DNA from: Nitrosopumilus sp.
Lineage (GTDB): Archaea; Thermoproteota; Nitrososphaeria; Nitrososphaerales; Nitrosopumilaceae
Assembly: GCA_963662625.1 (NCBI GenBank)
Contig: OY759726.1
Coordinates: 160,001-224,000, forward strand
Direction of reading: 5' to 3'
DNA: 64,000 nt
Of the stretch, positions 17,596-27,813 are shown in pieces. A program made the translations under genes and the position numbers. Positions within the stretch are counted from its first letter, which is position 1, and each line of letters opens with the position of its first letter. The notes under the pieces are model-generated. The model ran no database searches. It saw nothing but the letters and a program-made list of their open reading frames with translations, and was not told the origin of the DNA.

Positions 17596-19452
17596 CTACC
17601 CGAACCCGAACCCGGCCACCAGCGCCGGGGTAACGTGGATGGCCAGGATGGTGGTGAGGCTGACTATGGCGACTGGCAGCGTGTTCTTGACCGTGAAGTT
17701 GGCTATCTTGCTGGCGACCACCCCCATCGGGACGCAGGTCGTCACCGACATTATGGCGATGGTGTGCACCAGGGAGGGGTCTATCCCCGAGAACGAGCCG
17801 AACATCCCGGCGTTGCTCTCCGGCTCCATGTCGGCGAACATCCCGACCATGATGTGGGAGACGCCCAGCATGATGAAGGGCGCCGCGAAGACCAGCAGCG
17901 TCAGCGATGACAGCCCCTTGCGGATCTGTGACTTTTTCTGGTTGATCTTGGTGATGAACTCGGTGATGGAGTTGAAGATGTCCGTGCTCCCCCCGCCGGT
18001 GACGTACGTCCGCGCCAGCAGGAAGAATATGAACCTGACGTGGGTCGACTTTGCCCGCACGTCCATGGCGGCCTGGTCGAAGGACTCCCCCACCCGCACG
18101 TCCAGGGCCATGTCCTCCAGCAGGCGGTTGAAGTGGCCGTTGTAGCTCCGCCTCCCGGCCTGCCGCTGTATTATCTGGCTGACGTTCTGCCCGGTCTTGG
18201 AGATCTCCGTGACGTCGCGCATGAACTCCGGGGCGGCCGACTCTATCGCGCCGTCGCCCCTGACCTGCGACTTCACCGTGGCGTAGTTGGCGATCGCCCC
18301 GACGAAGCACGCCAGGGCCAGCGACGTCGCCGGGTCGGCGCCGGCGGCCAGCGAGAATATGCCGACGGCGGCGCCGGCCACGAAGGTGAAATAGGCGACG
18401 GGGAGCCTGCTCCCGGTGGCCGGCTGGCTGGAGTTGAGCATTATTATCATGAGGACCGAGACCACCGGGGAGATCATGATCCCGAGGAGGAGGAGGAGCG
18501 AGGCCGACGCCGACGTGCCTATGATGGAGTTGAACGCCATCATCATCGGTATTATTATGGAGATCATGAATATGGCCGAGAATATTTCCTGGGCGCTCTT
18601 CTCGTAGCGCTCCCACGACCCGAGGTACTCGTCGAAGAAGTAGTTGGCCTTGGACTCGGTGTATGCCGGGACGTTCCCGACGCTGGTTATCTTGGCGATG
18701 TAGCCGTTGATAAAGTCCCCGAACGGCTTGGACGGGTGGCTCTTCCCGTACTTTTCCAGGGAGTCGTTCTGGGTGTTGCCGAGCATCTCGACGCTCTTCA
18801 CCACCTCCCTGGCGTCCTTCTCCATGGCGGGGAACACGTTCCACCCCCGGATCTGCCGGAACGCCGAGTAGAGCCCGTGGCCGACGGTCTGCATGATGTT
18901 GACGTAGCAGAGGAAGTACGCCATCTCCTCCTCTATCCTGACCTTCCTCTCGGCGATCGAGAGCTTCATGTGCATCCAGGGGTGCACGAACAGCACCGCC
19001 GGCAGCCCCGCCAGCGCCACGAGCGCCAGCATGTCGAGGTGTACCGCCAGCCCCACCCCCGCGGCGGCGGCCGGGGCCGCGGTGAGCGCGAACCTGGTCG
19101 ACGACGTGGCCATCTTCTCCGGGTCGTGGGGGGTGCCGCTCGCCGGCACCATGCCGGTGATGACCTTCTCGTTCCAGAGGCGCAGCCTCCTGACCGCCCC
19201 GACTTTCCCCTCGATCGAGATGAAGATCCTGCTGAACGGGGACGCCGTCACCTCCTTGGCGGTCACCGTGCGGTCGCGGCTCTTGTACCTCTTCTGCGGC
19301 TTCGGGACGAAGAGGCACAGCATCGCGCCGGCCGAGAAGAATATCGAGAGGAAGACGTAGTCCAGCGTCCCCGGGGAGAACGCCAACACGGCGAGCAGCA
19401 TCCCGCAGAACCCGGCCGCCGCCGCGATCCTCTGCTCACCCAAGGGCGGCAC
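17596..19452 (-). CDS. TadB/TadC (T2SS-F) pilus assembly platform membrane protein
   Basis: Two repeats of cytoplasmic helical domain plus TM hairpins (IEEEMAYFL...HPSKPF; APEFMRDVTE..TG). Confidence 0.8.
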   Translation of the reverse strand: MPPLGEQRIAAAAGFCGMLLAVLAFSPGTLDYVFLSIFFSAGAMLCLFVPKPQKRYKSRDRTVTAKEVTASPFSRIFISIEGKVGAVRRLRLWNEKVITGMVPASGTPHDPEKMATSSTRFALTAAPAAAAGVGLAVHLDMLALVALAGLPAVLFVHPWMHMKLSIAERKVRIEEEMAYFLCYVNIMQTVGHGLYSAFRQIRGWNVFPAMEKDAREVVKSVEMLGNTQNDSLEKYGKSHPSKPFGDFINGYIAKITSVGNVPAYTESKANYFFDEYLGSWERYEKSAQEIFSAIFMISIIIPMMMAFNSIIGTSASASLLLLLGIMISPVVSVLMIIMLNSSQPATGSRLPVAYFTFVAGAAVGIFSLAAGADPATSLALACFVGAIANYATVKSQVRGDGAIESAAPEFMRDVTEISKTGQNVSQIIQRQAGRRSYNGHFNRLLEDMALDVRVGESFDQAAMDVRAKSTHVRFIFFLLARTYVTGGGSTDIFNSITEFITKINQKKSQIRKGLSSLTLLVFAAPFIMLGVSHIMVGMFADMEPESNAGMFGSFSGIDPSLVHTIAIMSVTTCVPMGVVASKIANFTVKNTLPVAIVSLTTILAIHVTPALVAGFGFG

Positions 19453-21328
19453 CTGCCAGCTTCAGCGGCACGTACAGGGCGGCGTACCCGGCCGCGCGGG
19501 CCAGTGGGTCGCGCTCCAGGATCTCCACCGCGGCCGGGGAGGCGGCATAGTACGCCGCGTGCGCCGCGTGCAGCAGCCACCAGTGCCCGCCGTCCACCAT
19601 GGACTGGCGGATCTCCCTGAGCTCCTGCGCCCCCCGCGCCAGTTCCGTCCCCCGGACGAGGTACGCTATGGCGCATCCCTCGGTCCTGATCTCCCCGGCC
19701 GACTCGGCCACCCCCTCCGCCGCGCCGGTGATCGAGTCCGACGCGCCAGTGACGGCGCCAGTGACGGCGCCCGCCGCCTCCATGGCGGCGCCAGGGAGCG
19801 CCGAGGCCGCCTCCACGGCGGCGTCCTTCACCGCGTCGGCCGCCTCCGCGGCGGCGGTGATCCCGGGGCAGCGGCCCCACCCGAACCCGGTGGTCGCGCA
19901 GCCGAGGGGGTCTGGATCGGCCAGGCCGGCGTCCATCATCCTCAGGTTCACCGGGACCAGGTCGAACGAGCAGTACACCGCCGCGTACGAGTTGGAGTCC
20001 AGCGGCTTCCCGCCCTCCCTGGTGTCCCCCGCCAGCGCGGAGTCCGCGTCCACCACGGCGGTGGATCCTGCCGGGCATGAGGATTCCAGCATCTCCCTGG
20101 CGGCGTCGCGGTAGGATGGGTTGGCCACCGTCAGCGTCACGAGGGCGCCGCCTATCCTTAGGGTGTCGTGGTCGATCACCCCGTCGACGACCCCGGCGTT
20201 GCACCAGCCCCCGCCTCCCTGCGGGAGGCAGGCTGTCCCGTGCCGGTATATGACGATCCGCTTCTCGGCCGACTCGCCGTCCCGCGTCTCCGCCCTCAGG
20301 AGGTACCTGCCAGGCTCCCACCCGGGCTGGGTGACCTCCCTGTACCCCGCCGTCCCGCCGACGACGGGGATCTCGGCGGCCGAGAGCGCCGCCCCGTCCG
20401 GGCCGTACAGCGTGAGCATGACGTGCCTGGAGCGGGCGTCGCCGACGACGGCGTCCACCGAGATCGTGTCCCCGGCGTTGTGCCACCTCACCCCGCCCTC
20501 GAGCGCCAGCGGGGGAGGCGGGGGGCGCGGATCCTCCTGGGTGGCTGGCTCCCTGACGGCCTCCGCGGGCCCCCCGGGCGCCCCCCGCACCGTTATGCTG
20601 CCGTCCATCCAGGGGTGGAAGACGCAGGCGTACCCGATCCCGACGGGTTCGGGGAACGCCGTGACCAGCGTGGCCCCCGGCGGCAGCACCCCGGTCTCGA
20701 AGATGTCGTCGCCCGGCTCCACGTCTCTCAGCGTCCCTCCGGTCCCCTGGGAGTGCGCCCTGATCAGGTGCGGGGTCTCGCTCGAGTTCACCCACTCCAC
20801 GGTGCCGCCGGCCGGTATCGCGGCCGAACCCCCAGCGTAGCACTCCCCGGACGGCGGGCACCCCGGCTCCCCGTTGGCGATGATCTCCACCACGTGGTCA
20901 GCGCGGAACCCCTCCAGCAGCGCGGTGAACGAGCCCGAACCCAGCGGCGAGTGGCCCCCGCCGCCCGGCGGGGAGTATGACGCCGACACCGAGTACGTCC
21001 CCTCGGCGTCCCGCGAGCCAGTCACCTTCAGGAAGCCGTGGAAGGAGCCGTCGCCGGCGGCGGTGAACCTGTGCTCCGAGGAGGTCCCGTCCGGCGCGGT
21101 GACCGACGCCGTGACCTCGCCCCCCCCGCGGCCCGTCCCCCCGTGGATGGGGACGCTGTAGTCCCTCCCCTTCTCCATCCACACCGTCCCGGACGGGAGC
21201 ACCACCCCGGCGAAGTCCGGCTCGGGCCTGTTGATGTACCTGCAGTCGTGCACGCTGTCGCACGACGCCAGCGCGGGCGCCGCCATCGCGGCCGGGAGGA
21301 GCGCCGCCGCGGCGAGCAGCGCCGCCAT
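19436..21328 (-). CDS. Secreted multidomain protein: cupredoxin + Ig-like + thermonuclease-like + CFI-box-CTERM-like tail
   Basis: VEWVN...PH...YACVFHPWM copper site; VVDGVIDHDTL SNase-like; GCAIAYLVRGTELARGAQELREIR tail. Confidence 0.7.
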   Translation of the reverse strand: MAALLAAAALLPAAMAAPALASCDSVHDCRYINRPEPDFAGVVLPSGTVWMEKGRDYSVPIHGGTGRGGGEVTASVTAPDGTSSEHRFTAAGDGSFHGFLKVTGSRDAEGTYSVSASYSPPGGGGHSPLGSGSFTALLEGFRADHVVEIIANGEPGCPPSGECYAGGSAAIPAGGTVEWVNSSETPHLIRAHSQGTGGTLRDVEPGDDIFETGVLPPGATLVTAFPEPVGIGYACVFHPWMDGSITVRGAPGGPAEAVREPATQEDPRPPPPPLALEGGVRWHNAGDTISVDAVVGDARSRHVMLTLYGPDGAALSAAEIPVVGGTAGYREVTQPGWEPGRYLLRAETRDGESAEKRIVIYRHGTACLPQGGGGWCNAGVVDGVIDHDTLRIGGALVTLTVANPSYRDAAREMLESSCPAGSTAVVDADSALAGDTREGGKPLDSNSYAAVYCSFDLVPVNLRMMDAGLADPDPLGCATTGFGWGRCPGITAAAEAADAVKDAAVEAASALPGAAMEAAGAVTGAVTGASDSITGAAEGVAESAGEIRTEGCAIAYLVRGTELARGAQELREIRQSMVDGGHWWLLHAAHAAYYAASPAAVEILERDPLARAAGYAALYVPLKLAGAALG

Positions 21329-21335
21329 GGGCGCC

Positions 21336-24300
21336 CTAATCCCCCCTCCCCTCCTTCTTCCTGCCGAGCCCCAGCCCGAACCCGCCGAGCATGCCCGACG
21401 CCTTCCCGGCGATCCCGCCGTCTCCGCCCGCCCGGGCCCGGGGCGCCTGCGCCTGGGGGGCGCCTCCCCCCTTCCTCGAGAAGGCGGAGCCGAGCCCGCG
21501 CGCGGCGTCGGCGAGGTTCAGGAAGGTGTCCGGCGACTTCAGCCTGACCAGGATTACCGGCGCGGCGGTGCCGGCGGCGATGACGGCCATCAGGACGGTA
21601 TAGTCCGGCTCGTACTCCACATGGGCGTCGACGGAGTCCAAGGCCTCGAACCTCACGGTGTTGCCGGACAGCACTGCGTCGGCTGGCACGTCCCTCCACG
21701 CCGAGGGGTTGTGCCAGACCAGGCCGAAGAGCTCGGAGGACGGCCTGGCCGTCACGGCCACGGGATCCCCGTACTTGTAGGGGCCGGTGCCGTCGACCAC
21801 GGGGACCGCCGCCGAGTCGGAGAACGCCTCGACGCGGACGTCGATCTCCCTCTGGTACGTGGCCTCGAACACGGAGTCCTCGTCGATGTTGTAGGTGAAC
21901 GTCTCGGCGAAGCGCACCTCCTCGCCGTTGTGATTCATGGCCCGGGCGTTGTAGATCCTGTCGCTCCCTATGGCGTGGTCGGTCTCGACCGACACCTCGT
22001 AGACGCCGGCGGGCACCCTCTCCGTGAAGCCGTTCTTGACGGTCACCGGCCCACCTCCGGAGTCCACGGTTATGGACGCCGGTATGGGGGTGCCGTCGTC
22101 GACCAGCGCCACGAACTTGAGGTCGACCATGTGCTCCACTTCCCAATCGAGGGTCTCGACGAACTCGTCCCACCCGTCGGCCGTCACCCTCACGGTCGCC
22201 GAGTAGGCCCCGGCGGCGTCGGGGGTGGCCGACCACGTGCCGTCGGGGAGCGGCTCGAAGAACCCACGCGGGCTCACCGACACCGCCGGGCTGGCAAGCG
22301 ACGAGGCGTCCACCCTGAACCTGATGTCCTCCCCGAAGGAGACCCTCTCGGGGGAGATCGACGCCACCGAGACCTTGCCCCCGGTGAGGTTCGAGTACGA
22401 GTCAAAGCCCGCCTCCGCTATGTACTTGTCGTCGGATATCACCGTGAACCTCCAGTCGGGCCGGTCCCCGTCTTCCCCCTCCCCCCCGGCGGCGCCGCCG
22501 TCCATGGCCGGATCCCCGAAGACCACCGCCCTGGTCTGCCCGGCGGAGGTGTCGTATGCCGTCACGCCCGGGTCAGTGAACGTGAGGCCCGCCGCCGCGT
22601 ACCTGTCAAGCGGCACCCCCTCGGCGTTGACGGAATGGACCACGAACGGGAACTCCGATCCAAGGTTGATCCTCCCCGGCGTCCACGCCTCGATGGCCGA
22701 GTTCAGGCCGCTCACGGAGATCCTGACTGGCTCCGACGTGGCCCTGGGGAGTATCGGGTGCATCACGGCCGACTCCTTCACGTAGGTTCCGGACACCGTG
22801 GTCACCCCTCCCGTCCACCTGTCCCCGACCTCGATGCCCGCCAGCCCGTCCCCGGACTGCGACACCATGGCAAGCTCCATCTGCTCGGCCGACACGTCGC
22901 CGGTTATCGCCCCGGTGGCCGCGTCCAGCACGTACATGTACGCGACGTCGGCGGGCCGCCCCAGGATGGCTGGGATGGAGGAGAGGGCGACGGAGTTGTC
23001 GCTGCCGTAGGCCGGCGCGTTTGTGAACTCCACGGTGGCTGATATCCCGTCGATCCCGGCGGTCACCACGTGGTCGCCGAAGGTGTGGAGATCCATCGGG
23101 ACGACTATGGAGGAGGAATAGTACATGCTGGTCAGCGGGTCGCCGAACTCTATGCTGTCGTCGGAGGAGAACTGCGATATCCCGGCGAGCCTGTTTGGCT
23201 CCATCCTCACCGGCTCCATCCCGCCTCCCCCGGACAGCGGGTCCGGGCACTCCCCGGCCGCGGGCGCCCCGCCAGACGAGTACGAGGCCGCCACCAGCCA
23301 CGCGAAATCCGCCGGGACTTCCGGGTAGACCCAGGCGCACGTCACCCGGACCGGCTCCCCCCGGCCCCCGGCGTCACCGCCGCCGGCTGGGCGGCTGACC
23401 GCCACGGGGGCCACGGCGGTGCCCACCCCGTCGATGGTGACCGTTATGGCGCCAAGGCCGTCGCCCCTGGCCGGGCCCTGTTCCCCATGATCGTCCGGCG
23501 GCGGCGCCCGCGGCCCTGGATCCGCCTGCCCCGCGGGGCCGCCCGCCCCGTCCCCAAAGGCGTACTTTTCCCTCACCGCCGGGGAGAAGAGCACGTCGGT
23601 CATGGCCATCCCGCCGCGCAGCATCATCCCCACCGAATGGAGGTCCGACGACTCCCCGGCCGAGAACCTGGCGACTGACTCCGGGTCGGCCGCGGACGCC
23701 GTCACCTCCACCAGCCCGTCCGGGACGAAGAGCCTCCCGCCCTTCTCGGTCCACGCCACCAGCTTGCCGTGGGTGCCCGGGGCGCCCGGGGAGGGGAAAA
23801 CCACCGCCCTCAGGTCGACCTCGTTCTCGACGTAGTCGATCCGGACTGCGTCCGACTCGAACCCGTCCGAGGAGGCGTACACCGTCCCGTCGCCGTTGAC
23901 GTGGATGAAAAAGTCGGCGGCGTACTCGCCCCGGGGTATCACGACGCGCATCTGCCCCCCAAAGTCGCCGTGGCCGGTCTGGCTGAACCCCGAGTCGGAG
24001 GTCGACGTCAGGACCACCGGTATTCCCATCGGCGCCGGCGTCGGCACCCCCAGGTTGTCGGTGAGCACCGCCTTTGCGGGGACGACGGTCGATGAGGTGG
24101 CGAGCACCGGGCCGCTTTCCGCCCCGCCCGCGGCGCCAGGGCCCCCGGCGCGGTCCTGGGCGTCGCCACCCGCGCCGCCCTGGGCCGGCGCCTGGCCCCC
24201 GCCCGGGACCACCAGCCTTATCGACGTCGGCATGTTCACGACCACGTACACGCTGGTCTCGTCGGTCGCGATCTCCCCCCCGGCCACCGCGTTGAGGGTG

Positions 24301-24581
24301 ACGGACTCCAGGTCGGAGGTGGTGTTCGAGCTGAAGGGGAATATGGCGTGGTTCCTCCCAGCCTCGAGCACCACCGTCCGGGGGAACGCCATGTCCCCGG
24401 AATGGTCGCTCGCCAGGTTCACCACGGTCTCCGAGTCCATGGGGGAGTCTGTGGAGACCATCCCCTCGTACTGCACGCCGGCGATCATCTTGTCGGGTAT
24501 GTCGACCGCCAGCTCGGCGTGAGCCGCCGCGGCGGGCAGCGCGGCGGCGGCGAGCAGGAGGAGGAGGGCGCGGTTCAGCAC
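21336..24581 (-). CDS. Large surface protein with Ig-like beta repeats and C-terminal TM
   Basis: GTG start, signal peptide LLLLLAAAALPAAAAHA, TM YTVLMAVIAAGTAAPVILV; overlaps upstream stop. Confidence 0.7.
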   Translation of the reverse strand: MLNRALLLLLAAAALPAAAAHAELAVDIPDKMIAGVQYEGMVSTDSPMDSETVVNLASDHSGDMAFPRTVVLEAGRNHAIFPFSSNTTSDLESVTLNAVAGGEIATDETSVYVVVNMPTSIRLVVPGGGQAPAQGGAGGDAQDRAGGPGAAGGAESGPVLATSSTVVPAKAVLTDNLGVPTPAPMGIPVVLTSTSDSGFSQTGHGDFGGQMRVVIPRGEYAADFFIHVNGDGTVYASSDGFESDAVRIDYVENEVDLRAVVFPSPGAPGTHGKLVAWTEKGGRLFVPDGLVEVTASAADPESVARFSAGESSDLHSVGMMLRGGMAMTDVLFSPAVREKYAFGDGAGGPAGQADPGPRAPPPDDHGEQGPARGDGLGAITVTIDGVGTAVAPVAVSRPAGGGDAGGRGEPVRVTCAWVYPEVPADFAWLVAASYSSGGAPAAGECPDPLSGGGGMEPVRMEPNRLAGISQFSSDDSIEFGDPLTSMYYSSSIVVPMDLHTFGDHVVTAGIDGISATVEFTNAPAYGSDNSVALSSIPAILGRPADVAYMYVLDAATGAITGDVSAEQMELAMVSQSGDGLAGIEVGDRWTGGVTTVSGTYVKESAVMHPILPRATSEPVRISVSGLNSAIEAWTPGRINLGSEFPFVVHSVNAEGVPLDRYAAAGLTFTDPGVTAYDTSAGQTRAVVFGDPAMDGGAAGGEGEDGDRPDWRFTVISDDKYIAEAGFDSYSNLTGGKVSVASISPERVSFGEDIRFRVDASSLASPAVSVSPRGFFEPLPDGTWSATPDAAGAYSATVRVTADGWDEFVETLDWEVEHMVDLKFVALVDDGTPIPASITVDSGGGPVTVKNGFTERVPAGVYEVSVETDHAIGSDRIYNARAMNHNGEEVRFAETFTYNIDEDSVFEATYQREIDVRVEAFSDSAAVPVVDGTGPYKYGDPVAVTARPSSELFGLVWHNPSAWRDVPADAVLSGNTVRFEALDSVDAHVEYEPDYTVLMAVIAAGTAAPVILVRLKSPDTFLNLADAARGLGSAFSRKGGGAPQAQAPRARAGGDGGIAGKASGMLGGFGLGLGRKKEGRGD

Positions 24582-24976
24582 CTTGCCTCGAGCCCCTTTA
24601 GCGCCTGGGTGAAGTTCCCGACCAGCGCCCTCGTAGCCGCGTCCGTGGCGTTGGCGCTGAACACGCTCTTGCCCCCTACGGACATCCTGTACGGCGCCTC
24701 GTGCGTCCTGCCGTCGTCGCACCTCACCATCAGCCCTATCACGTTGACCTGGTTCGGCCCCCTGTTCTCCACGGTGAGCGTGTCGGTCCCGTTGAGCGGC
24801 CCCGTGTCCGGCCTCTTGAGGTACACCGTGGCGACCTCCTCCCTTATCCGGTCCGTCTGCAGCGAGGAGGCCTCCTCCCGCCTCTCCGCCACGTCGTCCC
24901 TGTGGGAGAAGTAGAGCATGGCCGTGGAGAGGGCCATGAAGATCAGCACTATCGCCACTATCGTGGTTATTATCAC
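24575..24976 (-). CDS. Minor pilin-like / N-terminally anchored protein
   Basis: N-terminal hydrophobic helix then LTVENRG beta domain typical of archaeal pilin/FlaF-like proteins; TTTTAA box at 24998-25003. Confidence 0.6.
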   Translation of the reverse strand: MIITTIVAIVLIFMALSTAMLYFSHRDDVAERREEASSLQTDRIREEVATVYLKRPDTGPLNGTDTLTVENRGPNQVNVIGLMVRCDDGRTHEAPYRMSVGGKSVFSANATDAATRALVGNFTQALKGLEARC

Positions 24977-25006
24977 GGGAGGAACAACCGGCGCGGCTTA
25001 AAAGGG

Positions 25007-25837
25007 TCACGAGATCTCCCCCTCGCCCAGCCCGGAGCTCTTCGACGCCATCCTCCCCACGTCGAACTCGACGGTCATGGTGTCGTGGTTCGACGGGAAG
25101 GATAGGAAGGACATGATCTCAAAGTCGGCCAGGATCGGCACGCGGGACGCCCCGAGGAACGGGATCCCGCACCTGCCGTGCATGTCTGCCATGGCCCGCT
25201 TTTCGGACACCCGCTTGCGCCGGAACGCGCCGGATGGGAAGCCGCCCCCGATCACCGACCCGTCGTCGGGGTTCATGGCCCCGGACACCAGGCGGCAGAC
25301 GAAGATGTTCCTGGTGCCGAGCTTCTCCCTGGCCGAGGCGATCCTGTCGCGCTTGGCGCCGGACACCGTCTTGGTCGCCTTGGAGAGGAACCTCATGGCG
25401 CTGGAGGGGTCCTGGCCCCTCTCCAGCGTGGATATGTACTGCCTGACCGGCTGCGGGTTCTGCGACTTGCGGGCGTGCAGGGCGAAGAAGGCGGAGTCGG
25501 ACGTCTGGTTTGCCAGGGTGCCGTACATGGATATCGGCTCCATCTGCTTCGGGGTTATCACCTCGGCGCAGTGCCTCGCCGTCGAGTACGAGGAGTAGGA
25601 GGCAAATCCGGCGAGGTCCGGGCCTGGGGACGCCAGCACCTCCGTGCCCTCCAGCGCCAGCAGCGTGGCCCTGTTGGCCTCTTCCGCCCTGAGGAATATC
25701 CTGGTGGTGGAGCCTTCCTTGATCACCGCCATCAGGAACTCCCGGACGTGGTCCAGCACCCTCATCATGTTGTCCTCCCCGCTGGTGTCGGAGTCCGTCC
25801 TGTACGGCCTGAGCTCGTACCACTGCGCGTTCAGCAC
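25007..25837 (-). CDS. Hypothetical cytoplasmic protein in the transfer cluster
   Basis: GTG 25837 overlapping upstream stop; protein-like composition from LNAQWYELRPY onward. Confidence 0.6.
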   Translation of the reverse strand: MLNAQWYELRPYRTDSDTSGEDNMMRVLDHVREFLMAVIKEGSTTRIFLRAEEANRATLLALEGTEVLASPGPDLAGFASYSSYSTARHCAEVITPKQMEPISMYGTLANQTSDSAFFALHARKSQNPQPVRQYISTLERGQDPSSAMRFLSKATKTVSGAKRDRIASAREKLGTRNIFVCRLVSGAMNPDDGSVIGGGFPSGAFRRKRVSEKRAMADMHGRCGIPFLGASRVPILADFEIMSFLSFPSNHDTMTVEFDVGRMASKSSGLGEGEIS

Positions 25838-27813
25838 CCGTTCGCCACCGCCCACGCGTCGTGCCGGAACTCGCTGTCCTGGCAGAACCTCCAGCTTATC
25901 GAGGAGGCCCCCGAGACGTCTAGCAGGTACTCGTTGAGGACGGCGCCGTTGCACGTGACCTTGGCCACCATCCTGCCGTACGACCCGGTGAGCTGCCCGT
26001 CGTCCTCGTCGAGCGTCGCCGTGCTCCCGGGGGGGCACGCCTCGCGGATGGCGTCCCTGGCCTGCGCGCCCCCCGGCATCGAGAGCTCCGGCGCCGACGC
26101 CAGGGCGAACCTGGCCACCGTCCCGTCGAGCATCCTTACGGTGTCGCCGTCGATGACCGCCGCCACCGTCCCCGTGGCGCACCTTGCCACCCCGGAGCAC
26201 CGCGGCGGCTCCGGCGCGGCCTCGCGCACCTCCACGATGCTGCGCTCCCCCGGTACCTCGAACGCGAGGATCCTCGAGCCAGGCCCGGACATGTCGTCGT
26301 GGGGGACCGGCTCCCCCCCGACCGAGACCGAGAGGGGGAGGGCCTCGCCAGTCAGAGACGTGCCCAGCATGGACCGTGGAAACTCCAGGGTGACGCTGCG
26401 CTGCATGCCAGGCTCTACGGCTACCCATATCGCCCCCTCGGAGGCGTAGGGGACGTGCGCCCTCCCGTGCAGGACCACCGGCTCGGCGGCCGGGTCCACG
26501 AGGGTGAACGCGGCCGACGCCGAGGCGCCGCCGTGCGCCAGCGTCGCCGTCACCCTCCCGGAGTGGGCGAGTCCGGAAGTCGGGATCTCCTCGGAAAAGT
26601 ACCCCGGCGGGAGCGCGGGAAACGTGCTGGCCTGCAGGGGGTCGCCGTCCGGCGAGTAGAGCGTCACGGTGGCGTCCCCGGACATGGGGGTGTGGCCGAA
26701 GAGCGTCACCGGATCCCCCGCGCGGTGGGCGTCGCCCGAGACCTCCAGGGTGATTGCCAGCGGCTCGCTTGCCACCTTCCGCAGGTACGACATCACCATC
26801 GCGTAAAGGTCCTCGATCCCGTAGTCCTCGATGAACGCGGCGACGTCCTCCCTGGTCTGGAGGTCACGGAGCGACTCGAGGAAGGACGGCGCGTCGGCAA
26901 GCGGGGGGCCGTCCGGCGCGGCCGGCGCGGGGGAGGGGGCCTCCGCGGGAGGCGGCGCCGGCGCCGGTTCTGGCTCTTTTGGGACGGCCTCAGACAGCCC
27001 CCCTGGGGATTCGGCCACGGAGGGGTGGGAGGAGCCGATGAGCCTGAACCAGAACTTGCCGCCGACGTTGGGGTCCCGGTACGCGTCCATGGTGGACGCC
27101 GTCATGGTCCCCGACACCGGGAAGGGGAACCCCGGGTGGACCAGCATCTGCACCATCTGGCCGCCCGGGACGTACCCCACGCGGTACAGCATCCCGGCAA
27201 GCGACGTCCCGCCGAACTCGTAGCCGTACTGCCTGCCGGTGACCAGGATTTCCCCGTCCCTGTCCCACTGCTCCCCGACGCGCAGGACCGGGTAGTACTG
27301 GAGCAGCCTCCCGTCGCCGATCCTCACCTTGGCGCCCATGAAGAGCAGCGTCTCCTCGAGGAGGGCGTAGTGGGGGTCGGTATAGTACCCCGGGCTGTGG
27401 CGGAGCGTCCACCCGGCGTCGGCCACCAGCGCCAGGTCCGTCACCGGGCCGGACGACGCCATGCGGTCGTAGGAGATGGCCGACTGGTCCCCCGCCACCT
27501 CCCCGGAGACGTGTCCCACCCTGGCATAGTTCCCGCCGTGAAAGCCGCCGTGGCCGAGCCTGTCCTGCAGCCTGGCCTCGAACCCGGTGCCGCCCGGCGC
27601 CGGGCCGGCATTCTCGAGGACGACGTCAAAGCACGTCGCCCTCTCCACGCAGACGCGGTACGCGTAGGTGTCGCCGGGGGCGGTCGCCCCGGCCCTGTCC
27701 CACCGGTCCGCCCTGGCAAGCGAGTCCTCGGCAAGCCCGGCGTGGGCCGGTGCCAGCCAGGCCGAGAGCGCCACCGCGGCCGCCGCCAGCGCGAGTAGGC
27801 TAGCCGCGGACAA
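25831..27813 (-). CDS. Secreted protein with C-terminal thermonuclease (SNase) domain
   Basis: Signal peptide; GTVAAVIDGDTV...ASAPEL...GSYGRMVAKV.C...LNEYLL. Confidence 0.8.
   Translation of the reverse strand: MSAASLLALAAAAVALSAWLAPAHAGLAEDSLARADRWDRAGATAPGDTYAYRVCVERATCFDVVLENAGPAPGGTGFEARLQDRLGHGGFHGGNYARVGHVSGEVAGDQSAISYDRMASSGPVTDLALVADAGWTLRHSPGYYTDPHYALLEETLLFMGAKVRIGDGRLLQYYPVLRVGEQWDRDGEILVTGRQYGYEFGGTSLAGMLYRVGYVPGGQMVQMLVHPGFPFPVSGTMTASTMDAYRDPNVGGKFWFRLIGSSHPSVAESPGGLSEAVPKEPEPAPAPPPAEAPSPAPAAPDGPPLADAPSFLESLRDLQTREDVAAFIEDYGIEDLYAMVMSYLRKVASEPLAITLEVSGDAHRAGDPVTLFGHTPMSGDATVTLYSPDGDPLQASTFPALPPGYFSEEIPTSGLAHSGRVTATLAHGGASASAAFTLVDPAAEPVVLHGRAHVPYASEGAIWVAVEPGMQRSVTLEFPRSMLGTSLTGEALPLSVSVGGEPVPHDDMSGPGSRILAFEVPGERSIVEVREAAPEPPRCSGVARCATGTVAAVIDGDTVRMLDGTVARFALASAPELSMPGGAQARDAIREACPPGSTATLDEDDGQLTGSYGRMVAKVTCNGAVLNEYLLDVSGASSISWRFCQDSEFRHDAWAVANGC

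Noticed and set aside
14036-19318. Apparent giant ORFs (1760 aa here; also 6848-9826, 58310-62002, 3369-6233, 21336-25010)
   Set aside because: Their 5' parts are off-frame overlaps of upstream genes; real starts are marked by TATA boxes or stop-start overlaps
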